From assembly GCA_963827235.1 (NCBI GenBank), contig CAWHAE010000009.1, positions 1,184,001 through 1,248,000 on the forward strand: a stretch of DNA of 64,000 nt, given 5' to 3'. A program made the position numbers and the translations under genes. Shown in pieces: positions 7,597 to 16,552 of the stretch. This DNA is from an uncultured bacterium (GTDB taxonomy: Bacteria; Chloroflexota; UBA5177; JANWHV01). Below the pieces are notes generated by a model. The model saw only the letters and a list, made by a program, of their open reading frames with translations, had not been told where the DNA came from and did no database searches. Each line of letters begins with the position of its first letter. Position 1 is the stretch's first letter.

Positions 7597-9608
7597 TCCG
7601 CCGGCGCGCGCGCCGCGGCTGGCGGCAGCTGGCCCTGCTTGGATCTGTCCTTCTCATCCTCTGCATGCTCGCGGATCGACTGTACTCGCTGCAGATTGCC
7701 GTCAGCGTGGATGCCAAGGCCAACCTGCAGCGCTACTGGGCGGCCGACGTGGCGGCACCGCAAACGGCCAAGCCGCCTCGCGGAAGCATCGTGGACGCCA
7801 ACGGCGCCCCTCTGGTGACCACGGTAACCGTCTACAAGCTGGCGGCCTCGCCGCCATACGTGACCAAGAAGGCCTCCGTGGCGCGTGTCCTGACCGACGT
7901 GCTGTTTCCCGTGCGCTTGCCCACCGGCAAGCACGCGCACGATCAGGCGCTGATCGACAAGGCCCAGGAGGCCTACAGGCAGCACTACGACGCCTTCCTC
8001 AAGCAGCTCAATGAGTCGTGGAACTACGTCTGCCTGGCCGGCGACGACAGCGACACGTGCCCGTACCGGAGCACGCTCTCGCAAGACCTGCTGAACACTA
8101 TTCTGGCGCGCATCAACAAGCTCGACGTGGCCGGTATCAGCGCCGAGCCGCGCAGCATGCCGGTGTACCCCAACGGCAGCCTGGCCGCACAGGTGCTGGG
8201 CTACGTCGACTACGTGTACCCGGACAGCGGCTCGCCATACGACACGGGCGTGTACGGCGTGCAGCAATCCTACAACAGCCTGCTGACCGGCGTGCCGGGC
8301 CACACGAGCATTCGCTTCGACACCAAGGGAAATGCGATCCGCGTGGGCACCGGTGCCGACACCATGCCGCAGCCGGGAGCCACGCTGCAGTTGACCATCG
8401 ACAGCTACGTGCAGTACCTGGTGGAGCAGGATCTGGCCAATGTGGTGAAGAGGTTCGGCGCCATTGGAGGCAGCATCATCGTGGAGCGACCGAGCGATGG
8501 CGGCATCATCGCCATGGCCTCCACGCCTAGCTATAACCCGAACCAGTGGCGGAGTCTGGTGGCGAGCCTGGCCAAGAAGGCGGGCGCCGGCACGAAGAAA
8601 TACAACCAGACCAAGTTTATGCAATCGCTCTACTCGGTGTTTCCCAATCCGGCGATCAGCAAGCGCTACGAGCCGGGCTCGACCTTCAAGGCGTTCACCA
8701 TCGCTACCGGGTTCGATCAGAACCTCTTCAACGAAGGCACCCGCGTTTCCGACCCCGGCACGCTGTCGGTGGACGGCATCTCGATTCACGATTGGTGCTT
8801 CCCTAACTGCTCGTTCCTCGGCTATGAGACGCCCGCCATCATGCTGCACTGGTCCTCCAACGTTGGGGCGACCCAGTTCAGCCGCTTCATCTCGGCGCCG
8901 ATCTGGTACCAGTACCTGCTCGACAACTTCGGTTTCCAGTCCAAGACGGGCATCGACCTGAGCGGCGAGGTGGGCGGCGACGTGCGCTGGTACAACGACG
9001 CGCCTCCCAAGCCGATCTGGGTGCCATCGTACAAGGATACCCAGGCTTACGGGCAGGGCCTGAGCATCACGCCGTTGCAGCTAGTCAATGGCTACGCCTC
9101 GCTGGCCAACGGCGGCGAGCTGCCTACACCGCACGTCCTGCAGTCGTACACGCTGGCCGGGCGGACCGTGACTCCGACCTGGAAGCCGATCCACCGTGCC
9201 GTCAGCGAACAGACCTCTTCCCGCATAATCCAGCTCCTGGTGCAGCAGGCCGTAGGCGGAGAAGCGTGCCAGGCCCTGGTGCCCGGCTACGACCTCGCGG
9301 CCAAGACCGGCACGGCGTCGATACCCAGCCTGGGCGGCAACTACCTGCCGTCGCAAACCATCGCCAGCACGGCGGCGTTCGGCCCCGTGGAGAACGATCC
9401 GTCGCACCAGTTCGTCGTGCTGGTCAAGGTGGATCAGCCCAACGTGATCTATGGATCCGAAGTGGCCGCTCCGGTGGTGCGCGATATCTTCTACCATCTC
9501 TTCGAGTACTACAAAATGATGCCCACGGCGCACCCGACGCAACCTTCCAGCGGTGTGTGTGCCGGTGTGAACGATTATCGCACTGTGCCGTGGTCTCCTC
9601 AGCCTTGA
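7593..9608 (+). CDS. ftsI: Class B penicillin-binding protein (FtsI/PBP2 family)
   Basis: N-terminal TM, RGSIVDANG, EPGSTFK (SxxK), WSSNVG (SxN), AKTGTA (KTG). Confidence 0.92.
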   Translation: MIRRRARRGWRQLALLGSVLLILCMLADRLYSLQIAVSVDAKANLQRYWAADVAAPQTAKPPRGSIVDANGAPLVTTVTVYKLAASPPYVTKKASVARVLTDVLFPVRLPTGKHAHDQALIDKAQEAYRQHYDAFLKQLNESWNYVCLAGDDSDTCPYRSTLSQDLLNTILARINKLDVAGISAEPRSMPVYPNGSLAAQVLGYVDYVYPDSGSPYDTGVYGVQQSYNSLLTGVPGHTSIRFDTKGNAIRVGTGADTMPQPGATLQLTIDSYVQYLVEQDLANVVKRFGAIGGSIIVERPSDGGIIAMASTPSYNPNQWRSLVASLAKKAGAGTKKYNQTKFMQSLYSVFPNPAISKRYEPGSTFKAFTIATGFDQNLFNEGTRVSDPGTLSVDGISIHDWCFPNCSFLGYETPAIMLHWSSNVGATQFSRFISAPIWYQYLLDNFGFQSKTGIDLSGEVGGDVRWYNDAPPKPIWVPSYKDTQAYGQGLSITPLQLVNGYASLANGGELPTPHVLQSYTLAGRTVTPTWKPIHRAVSEQTSSRIIQLLVQQAVGGEACQALVPGYDLAAKTGTASIPSLGGNYLPSQTIASTAAFGPVENDPSHQFVVLVKVDQPNVIYGSEVAAPVVRDIFYHLFEYYKMMPTAHPTQPSSGVCAGVNDYRTVPWSPQP

Positions 9609-11005
9609 GCAGGCTGCTGTTGAGCGACCTGCGCCGCTTCGTGTACGAGAGCGGCGAGGGCTCGCTCCAGGTGGTGGGAGCCGAGCCGGACTGGCAAGTG
9701 CCGCTGGGGCCAGCGGTGAACGACTCTCGCGAGGCTCGCGTCGGCAGCATGTTCGTGGCCCTGCCGGGCGATCGCGCCGACGGGCACCAGTTTGCCGCTG
9801 GCGCCGCCGAGCGCGGCGCCCTGGTTCTGCTGGTGGCGCGAGTGCCCGAGGGCATCGCCGGGATGCCGGTAGTCCTGTGGCTGGTACCGGATCCGCTGGT
9901 CGCTCTGCAGCGCTTTGCCGCCTGGTGGCGGTCTCGATTCCCCGCCCTGACCGCCATCGGAATAACGGGCAGCGTGGGCAAGACGACTGCCAAGGAGGTG
10001 ATCGCCGCAGCCCTGGGCAAAGAGATGCCGGTACTGGCCAGTCCGCGGAGCTTCAACAACGAGATCGGACTGCCCCTGGCGCTTCTTTCGCTGAGCGGCG
10101 AACATCGCGCGATGGTGCTGGAGATGGGCATGTACGACGTCGGCGACATCGCGTTTCTCGCCCGCATCGCGCGGCAAACCATGGCCGTGGTGCTCAACGT
10201 GGATGCCGTGCATCTCGAGCGCGCGGGGACGATCGAGCGCATCGCCCAGGCCAAGCAGGAGATCGTGGATACGCTGCCTCCGGACGGCGTCACCGTGCTG
10301 AACGGCGACGATCCGCGCGTGCTGGCCATGCACGCGGCGGCTCCGGGACGGGTGATCACGTTTGGCCTGCAGGCGGGAGCGGACTGGCAGGCCACTGAAG
10401 TAGAGTCCTCCGCGGAGGGGCTCAGGCTCACGCTCAATCGCTCGGGTAGGGCCGCCGTGCTGCACAGTCCGCTGCGCGGGCGGCATCACGTCTACGCGCT
10501 GCTGGCGGCGGCGGCTGTCCTGGAAGCCGTGGACATCCCGTTCGACCGGGTGCCTGCGGCACTGGCCGCCGTGCCTGCCCCGGCCGCGCGACAGCGCTAT
10601 CTGCACGGCGCGGCCGGCTGCACGATCATCGACGACACCTACAACGCCTCACCGCTGTCCATGGCTGCGGCGCTGGATCTGCTGGCGGCCCAGGGCGCGG
10701 GTCGAAAAGTGGCCATTCTGGGCGACATGCTCGAGCTGGGCCCGATCAGCGAGGAGAAACACCGGCTGGTCGGCGAGCGCAGCACCCGGTCGGCGGATCT
10801 AGTGATCGCGGTCGGCGCCGAGGCACGGCACATCGCGGAGGGCGCCGGAACCGCCGCACTCTGGCGCCCCGACAAGGCGGCGTTGCTGGCCGATCTCGAG
10901 TCCCAGCTCGCGCCGGGCGACACGGTGCTCGTCAAGGGATCGAGAGGCATGGCCATGGAAGAGGTGGTGGCATGGCTGGCGGAGACCAGCTGGTTCAAGG
11001 GGTAG
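9605..11005 (+). CDS. murF: UDP-N-acetylmuramoyl-tripeptide--D-alanyl-D-alanine ligase
   Basis: DSR, GITGSVGKTTAKE, SFNNEIGLP, DDTYNASP, ILGDMLELG, LVKGSRG; TTG start overlapping ftsI stop (TTGA). Confidence 0.95.
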   Translation: MSRLLLSDLRRFVYESGEGSLQVVGAEPDWQVPLGPAVNDSREARVGSMFVALPGDRADGHQFAAGAAERGALVLLVARVPEGIAGMPVVLWLVPDPLVALQRFAAWWRSRFPALTAIGITGSVGKTTAKEVIAAALGKEMPVLASPRSFNNEIGLPLALLSLSGEHRAMVLEMGMYDVGDIAFLARIARQTMAVVLNVDAVHLERAGTIERIAQAKQEIVDTLPPDGVTVLNGDDPRVLAMHAAAPGRVITFGLQAGADWQATEVESSAEGLRLTLNRSGRAAVLHSPLRGRHHVYALLAAAAVLEAVDIPFDRVPAALAAVPAPAARQRYLHGAAGCTIIDDTYNASPLSMAAALDLLAAQGAGRKVAILGDMLELGPISEEKHRLVGERSTRSADLVIAVGAEARHIAEGAGTAALWRPDKAALLADLESQLAPGDTVLVKGSRGMAMEEVVAWLAETSWFKG

Positions 11006-11943
11006 CGCTTTTCAGCGCCGCGGCTGCGATCGGCCTCGCCGGCATGCCGCTGTGCATCCGCGGCCTGGTCTGGCTGGGTGCCGGCAAGCAGATCCGCGCG
11101 GAAGGGCCTGCCAGCCACCAGATCAAAGCTGGCACGCCGAGCATGGGCGGCCTTGTCTTTCTCGGCCTCACCGTGGTCCTGGGAGGCGCCTTTCTCGCGC
11201 CGGGCGACGCCGGCGTGGCCACCTTACTGGTGCTCGTGGCGGCGAGCGCACTGCTGGGCACGGTCGACGACCTGCTCAGCTCGGCCCGCTACAAGCGCGG
11301 CGGCATTCGAGCTCGTCCCAAGCTGGCCTGGCAAGCCGGCATCGCCGCCGGTGCTGTATTGCTGGAGTGGTCCGGTCCTGGACTGCCGCCCCAGCACATT
11401 CCTGGCCTCGGCACGCTTCACGCGTGGTGGGCGATCGCGCCGCTTGCCCTGGTCGCGATCATTGCCACCACCCACTCGGTGAATCTGACCGACGGCATCG
11501 ACGGGCTTGCCGGAACCACGACCGGCATTGCCCTGGCGGCGTTTGCCGCCATCGCCTACCACCAGCACGAAGATGCGGTGGGCGCGCTGTGCCTGCTCAC
11601 CATCGGGGCCGTGCTGGGCTTTCTCTGGTACAACGTGCACCCGGCGCGCCTGTTCATGGGCGACGCCGGATCGCTGGGTCTGGGCTCCCTGATCGGCGGC
11701 CTGGGACTGGTGACCGGGCAGATCGTGGCTTTGATCCCGATCAGCGTGGTGTTTGCCGCGGAAGCGCTCTCGGTGATCATGCAGGTCACGTATTTCAAGC
11801 GCACGGGCGGCAAGCGCATCTTCAAGATGGCGCCGATTCACCACCACTTCGAGGCGCTCGACTGGCCGGAGACGCAGATCGTGCAGCGGTTCATGCTCGT
11901 GGGAGTGATCGGCGCCATGGTGGGACTGGCCCTGGCATTCTGA
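10972..11943 (+). CDS. mraY: Phospho-N-acetylmuramoyl-pentapeptide transferase
   Basis: KAGTPSMGG, VDD, NLTDGIDGL, FMGDAGS, MAPIHHHFE. Confidence 0.96.
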   Translation: MAGGDQLVQGVALFSAAAAIGLAGMPLCIRGLVWLGAGKQIRAEGPASHQIKAGTPSMGGLVFLGLTVVLGGAFLAPGDAGVATLLVLVAASALLGTVDDLLSSARYKRGGIRARPKLAWQAGIAAGAVLLEWSGPGLPPQHIPGLGTLHAWWAIAPLALVAIIATTHSVNLTDGIDGLAGTTTGIALAAFAAIAYHQHEDAVGALCLLTIGAVLGFLWYNVHPARLFMGDAGSLGLGSLIGGLGLVTGQIVALIPISVVFAAEALSVIMQVTYFKRTGGKRIFKMAPIHHHFEALDWPETQIVQRFMLVGVIGAMVGLALAF

Positions 11944-12015
11944 GCGCGGGCAGGCGCCTCGCCGGTGCGATGCCGGCCCAGCAACGGGAGCGGTTGCGGG
12001 CGCGTAGCCGTCCGC

Positions 12016-12666
12016 TCAGCGGGATGCGCGCCGATAGTGCAAGACATACTCCGGCACGCCGATGCCCGGCCCCAGGTCGGGCGAGTCGACGGCACGGCCG
12101 GGCACGAGCGACAGCGGCAGCAGACCCGCCCATACGTCCAGACCACGATCCGGAGCGGCGTCCTTCGGCCCACCCTCGCGGATCTTGGCCGAGGCCTCTT
12201 CGATGCGGACGGCCGCGACCATGGTCGCCTTGAGCTCCTTCGCGTTGGGACCGCGCGCCTCGGCGGCACGGCCGGGTATGACCTGCTCCACGATCAGGCG
12301 CAGCGCCTCCACTTTCTCATCTTCGTCGGCCACCGGTCTGCCGTGACCGAGAATCACAGCAGAGCGGAAGTTCGCCGAGTGAGCGAAGGTAGAGCGCGCC
12401 AGCACGAGACCGTCGAGATGGGTGACGGTGATGCACACCGGCACGCCCGCCGTCAGCGCGTGCATCATGCGGCTCTCGGGCGAGCCGTGCAGGTAGATCG
12501 TGTCGCCGGCGCGGCCGTAGTTCGACGGGATGACGAAGGGCCAGCCGTCGTGCACGAAGCCCACGTGGCACATGATGCCGGCGTCCAGGATGCCGTGAAT
12601 GGTCTCCGTATCGTACGCCGCGCGCTCGGCGTGGCGTCTCACCGTGGTGCGTTCAGTGTGCTGCAT
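12016..12666 (-). CDS. Pyridoxamine 5'-phosphate oxidase-like flavin-binding protein
   Basis: RAAYD...ILDAG..CHVGF, YLHGS, DGLVLARS.F.HSANFRS, SAKIREGGP. Confidence 0.9.
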   Translation of the reverse strand: MQHTERTTVRRHAERAAYDTETIHGILDAGIMCHVGFVHDGWPFVIPSNYGRAGDTIYLHGSPESRMMHALTAGVPVCITVTHLDGLVLARSTFAHSANFRSAVILGHGRPVADEDEKVEALRLIVEQVIPGRAAEARGPNAKELKATMVAAVRIEEASAKIREGGPKDAAPDRGLDVWAGLLPLSLVPGRAVDSPDLGPGIGVPEYVLHYRRASR

Positions 12667-12719
12667 GCGTTTGCCCTTCAGAGATGACTTATTGATCGAT
12701 CATAGCGGTCTCATGGCGT

Positions 12720-12914
12720 GGGCGTACGCGCGACGTTGTGATGATCGACGCTGTCGTCGCAGAGCGCTACGCCGAACAAGCCGACTGGGACCCGCGATCA
12801 GCGCACGGAGACTTCGTGTATTCGCTGCTACGCCCGCAACGGATCCAGGTGTGGCGAGAGGTGAACGAGATCGCCCATCGCACGGTGATGAAGGGCGGAG
12901 TATGGCTGTCCTGA
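12720..12914 (+). pseudogene. C-terminal remnant of a second PNPOx-family gene
   Basis: Frame reads GRTRDVVMIDAVVAERYAEQADWDPRSAHGDFVYSLLRPQRIQVWREVNEIAHRTVMKGGVWLS*, resembling the GxTRDVV..DPR..RIQAWRE.NE..GR.LM..G.WL tail of actinobacterial PPOX proteins; N-terminal half absent. Confidence 0.55.
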
Positions 12915-13148
12915 ATCACCGAGGTACGGATCAGCCACCTGGTTCGTGCCGGGCTCGCAGCCACGACCCCATCGGTGCGCCGGCGATAGTCGCTGGAACG
13001 GACGGGGCGACGGGGCCGGGTCGTAGCGCACTAGAGCGGGCCCATGTATGCTGGACGTAGCCCGGCTGGAACACGGCGGACGGCGATCGCTCGAGCCCCA
13101 TGGGTCGCCGGACAGCGCTGCATCGGCTCTCGCGAATGGAGCTCTGTC

Positions 13149-14432
13149 ATGCTCGAGACGGCTACCACCGGCGCGCAGACGACCTGCCCACAGTGCGGCT
13201 CGACGATCGACGTCGATCCGGGCTATGTCACATGGTGCGACCGGTGCCACTGGAACGTGCGGCCATCCACCCCGGCCCGGCCCGCGTCGTTCCTGGCGTC
13301 CCGGTATGCCGAGTTCGGCGATGCCCTGGGGCGGGGCCTTTTCGAGCAGCTCAAGGCGAGCAGCTCGCTCTCGCCCAAGCTCACGCCGTCGCTGGTGGCG
13401 GCCGCATTCGTGGCGACCGTAGTCCACCTGGTGGCCTTGGGCTGCTTCGTGCTCGGGCTGGTGCTGATCGCGACGAGCTGGCCGGCGATCTTGCTGATGT
13501 TGCTGGGCATCGGGTTCGTGCTCAGTGCAGCGTACGTGGCGCCGCGTGTCGGGAAACCTCCGCGGCACTTCGCGAGCAGAGCGTCGTTTCCCGCCCTGTA
13601 TGAGGCGGTGGCAACCGTTGCGCGTGCCGTGGGGGCCGGTGCTCCCGACGTCATCGTGCTGGACCTGAGCTTCAACGCGAGCTACAGCAGGCCAGGGTGG
13701 CGCCGGCGGCAGGTGCTCACGCTCGGGCTGCCGCTGCTGGCTGTCCTGGACGATCGGGAGTTCGTGGCACTTGTCGGCCACGAGATGGGGCATGCGGTCA
13801 ACGGTGACCATACCCGCCACTTCCTCATCGGTAGCGCGATCAATGCGCTCGAACGCTGGTATGAGATACTCGACCCGGCGCCGAGCCGCATGCACGGGCA
13901 ACGCGGATCGGCTGCCTTGGCGATGCTACTGCTGCGCCCCATCCTTCGGGCGCTGGCGCAGGTACCTCGTGCCATCGCCACGCTGCTTCTGCACCTGCTC
14001 TGGCGCGACTCACAACGAGCCGAATACCTGGCCGACGACCTGGCCGCGAGAGCTGCGGGCACAGAGGCGGCCCTCTCGCTGCTGGCGAAGCTCCAGCTGC
14101 ACACGCTCGTCGCGGCGGCGGTGCAGAACGTGGCGACGGGCTCGAGCAGGAATACCATTCTCGCACTCCTGTCCAAACGCTGCGTTGATCTGCCGGAGCG
14201 CGAGCGGCGGCGGCTCGACGCCGTGGCGCGGCTCGAGTCGTCGCGCCTCGACGCCACGCACCCGCCGAGCGGCTTCCGCATCGCGCTGCTGGAGGCGCGA
14301 CCGATTGCCAATCCGACCGTGCACGTCTCGGGCATAGCCTGGCGGGCCGTCGAGCAGGAGCTGGCGAGCACGGAGCCGCGGACGACGGAGCGCCTGGTGG
14401 ACCGCTACCGCAGCAGCCTCTACCGGCATTAG
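13149..14432 (+). CDS. M48 family (HtpX/Ste24-like) membrane zinc metalloprotease with N-terminal Zn ribbon
   Basis: CPQC..CDRC, TM segments, FNAS, GHEMGH (HExxH), EYLAD, THPP. Confidence 0.9.
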   Translation: MLETATTGAQTTCPQCGSTIDVDPGYVTWCDRCHWNVRPSTPARPASFLASRYAEFGDALGRGLFEQLKASSSLSPKLTPSLVAAAFVATVVHLVALGCFVLGLVLIATSWPAILLMLLGIGFVLSAAYVAPRVGKPPRHFASRASFPALYEAVATVARAVGAGAPDVIVLDLSFNASYSRPGWRRRQVLTLGLPLLAVLDDREFVALVGHEMGHAVNGDHTRHFLIGSAINALERWYEILDPAPSRMHGQRGSAALAMLLLRPILRALAQVPRAIATLLLHLLWRDSQRAEYLADDLAARAAGTEAALSLLAKLQLHTLVAAAVQNVATGSSRNTILALLSKRCVDLPERERRRLDAVARLESSRLDATHPPSGFRIALLEARPIANPTVHVSGIAWRAVEQELASTEPRTTERLVDRYRSSLYRH

Positions 14433-14451
14433 GCCATACCTGGCTCCTGCC

Positions 14452-14640
14452 TCATCGATGCAGGTTGGGATCGTGCTGCGTCGCGCGCAGGCACACGATG
14501 ATCACGCCGTCGCCGCTGAGCACGCCGCCGCGCCCGAACAGCAGTCCGTTCTGCCAGTTGGAGAGTCCGAGTTCAGGCCGGTTGAGGGCATACTGGCCGT
14601 CGACCCAGCGCGTGAATCCGTTGCCGCCGACCGGCGCATG
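14452..14640 (-). pseudogene. Start-less 3'-terminal fragment of the proA-like gene (diverged direct repeat of 33660-33848)
   Basis: Reads GNGFTRWVDGQYALNRPELGLSNWQNGLLFGRGGVLSGDGVIIVCLRATQHDPNLHR*; 50/57 aa identical to the C-terminus of 33660..35162 by manual alignment. Confidence 0.9.
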
Positions 14641-14723
14641 CCCTGCTACTCGGCTCCATTTGCGCGGTGCATCTCCATCTTAGAGTGGCCCTCCGCTGAC
14701 GAGAATGGAGCTCCTATATTCTC

Positions 14724-15248
14724 CTACGGCTCACTCTCGGTCTGCACGATCGCCGCTTCATCCTGGAGCTTCTGGCCCAAGTCGGCGAAGGCGGCCTCCT
14801 GCTCTGTCTCGAGTGGCTGATCCGGTAGCATGACATGGCGCAGCACGCGCAGGATCTCCAGCTGCTGCTGGTTGATCTGGAACAGATAGTCAACTTCGCG
14901 CGCCTCCAGATCGTCGCGCAGGTGGTCTTTCTGCGCCTGGCGGTTCTGGCTCATCATAATGACCGGCGCGGCGTACGCTGCCTGTGTCGAGAAGAGCAGG
15001 TTGAGCAGGATGAACGGGTATGCATCCCAATGGTTGATGAAGCCTACGAGGTTCAGCGCAACCCACGCGCCGACGAAAGTGCTCTGGACGATGATGAAGG
15101 ACCACGATCCCATGGCGTTGGCAATGCGGTCCGCCGCGTGCTGGCCAAACGTGCTGGGCGCATGGATATGATCGCGCGAGTGGTTCCGCCGGGCTAGCAT
15201 CTCCTCCTCCAGTTCCGCGCCACCTGCCTCGTGCTTGCTGTCTGCCAC
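14724..15248 (-). CDS. DUF1003 membrane protein
   Basis: ADRIANAMGSWSFI, WDAYPFILLNLLFSTQAAYAAPVIMMSQNRQ. Confidence 0.9.
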   Translation of the reverse strand: MADSKHEAGGAELEEEMLARRNHSRDHIHAPSTFGQHAADRIANAMGSWSFIIVQSTFVGAWVALNLVGFINHWDAYPFILLNLLFSTQAAYAAPVIMMSQNRQAQKDHLRDDLEAREVDYLFQINQQQLEILRVLRHVMLPDQPLETEQEAAFADLGQKLQDEAAIVQTESEP

Positions 15249-15565
15249 ATACGCCGCCTAGCGTAGCATGTGGCCGCGCGCTACGACACGCGAGTTGCGC
15301 TACGCTGTGCCCCGACCTACTCGAGTCACCACCAGTAGACATCCTTCCTGCCGGCCAGCGAGCTGCTCGCCGCCGCCGAACAGGCTCCTGGACCTGCTAC
15401 GATGCTTGAGGTGGCCTCATCTGTGATCGGCTCCGTACGTTTGCGCGGCGTCAAGCGGCAGTCTGCACGCCAATCGATTATTGATGCAGCGGAAGCGTGA
15501 CTACCGAGCAACTTCGAAGTGCTGTTGGACCCTTTCGGATAGGCCGAGGAAAGGAGTGCAGCGAG

Positions 15566-16417
15566 ATGTTTGGACAGATCATGGTGCCGCTGGACGGATC
15601 AGATCGTGCTGAGCGGGCATTGCCCTACGCAGTCCAGCTGGCAAAAGGGATGGCCGCCACACTGCACCTGGTACGTGTGGATGACTTCGTTGCTTCAATG
15701 ACCTGGGCTTTCGCACCACCCTACTTGCCGCCTGACGCCTACGAGGCCGCGGTAGCGCCGATTACGGCGTATGTCACGGCGCTCCGGCAGCGCCTGGAAG
15801 GCGAAGGACTGCGGGTGCGGAGCGAGGTGCTTACGGGAGCTGTCGCTCTATCCCTGCTGGACTATGAGCAGGCGGCGCATGTTGATTTGGTGGTCATGTG
15901 CAGCCACGGGAGGAGTGGGGCGGCCCGATTCGCCCTGGGGTCCGTCGCCGACCGGCTGCTGCGACATGGCAGCGCACCGGTGCTGCTGGTACGCGCGTTC
16001 AGCGCACCGCTGGATCTGACGCGCGTTGTGGTGCCGCTCGATGGGTCGGCGCGCGCCGAGGCGGCGCTCGGCGTCGTCGCTGCACTGGGTCGTGCGATAG
16101 TTGGTAACGTCACCTTGCTGCGGGTGATTGGCGGCGAGGAAGACGAGGCGGAGGCCCAGGCGTATCTGACCACTCTGGCACTGCGCTTGCAGCAGGATCA
16201 GCTGAACTGCCGGCAGCGCGTCGAACGCGGCGAGCCGGCGCAGACGATCATCGAGGTGGCTGGCAAGGATTCGTTGGTTGTCATGGCCACGCATGGACGG
16301 TCCGGCCTGACTCGATGGGCGTTGGGGTCGGTAGCCGATCGGGTGTGCCACGACGGGGTGGCGGGCGTCTTGTTGGTACGCACAGGTGCCACGGCTGCAG
16401 AGCCTGTCCTCCGCTAG
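15566..16417 (+). CDS. Tandem universal stress protein (two USP domains)
   Basis: IMVPLDGS..AERAL and VVVPLDGS..AEAAL; twice MxxHGRSG....LGSVADR; AAGGAG RBS. Confidence 0.93.
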   Translation: MFGQIMVPLDGSDRAERALPYAVQLAKGMAATLHLVRVDDFVASMTWAFAPPYLPPDAYEAAVAPITAYVTALRQRLEGEGLRVRSEVLTGAVALSLLDYEQAAHVDLVVMCSHGRSGAARFALGSVADRLLRHGSAPVLLVRAFSAPLDLTRVVVPLDGSARAEAALGVVAALGRAIVGNVTLLRVIGGEEDEAEAQAYLTTLALRLQQDQLNCRQRVERGEPAQTIIEVAGKDSLVVMATHGRSGLTRWALGSVADRVCHDGVAGVLLVRTGATAAEPVLR

Positions 16418-16501
16418 GCTGTTGGCTGGACAACGGCGGTAGAACGAGTGGCAGTGGGCACTGCAGAGCCAAAGATTGATCGGAGCGGGACACGGGTCAA
16501 T

Positions 16502-16552
16502 ACTCGCATCCTACGCACTGTCCGTCCCACGTACCGTCCCTCGATCTGTCCC
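16502..16552 (-). promoter_or_regulatory. Putative SARP-activated promoter, left copy (GGGAC x3 at 12-bp period, 8 nt, TAGGATGCGAGT)
   Basis: GTCCC at 16524, 16536, 16548; ATCCTA 16508-16513; inverted twin at 19912-19974. Confidence 0.65.

Noticed and set aside
9266-9604. N-terminal extensions in the ORF track (murF, rsmH, beta-helix gene, GT87-like, OppA)
   Set aside because: They overlap upstream genes or lack homology; downstream starts with RBS or stop/start coupling are preferred
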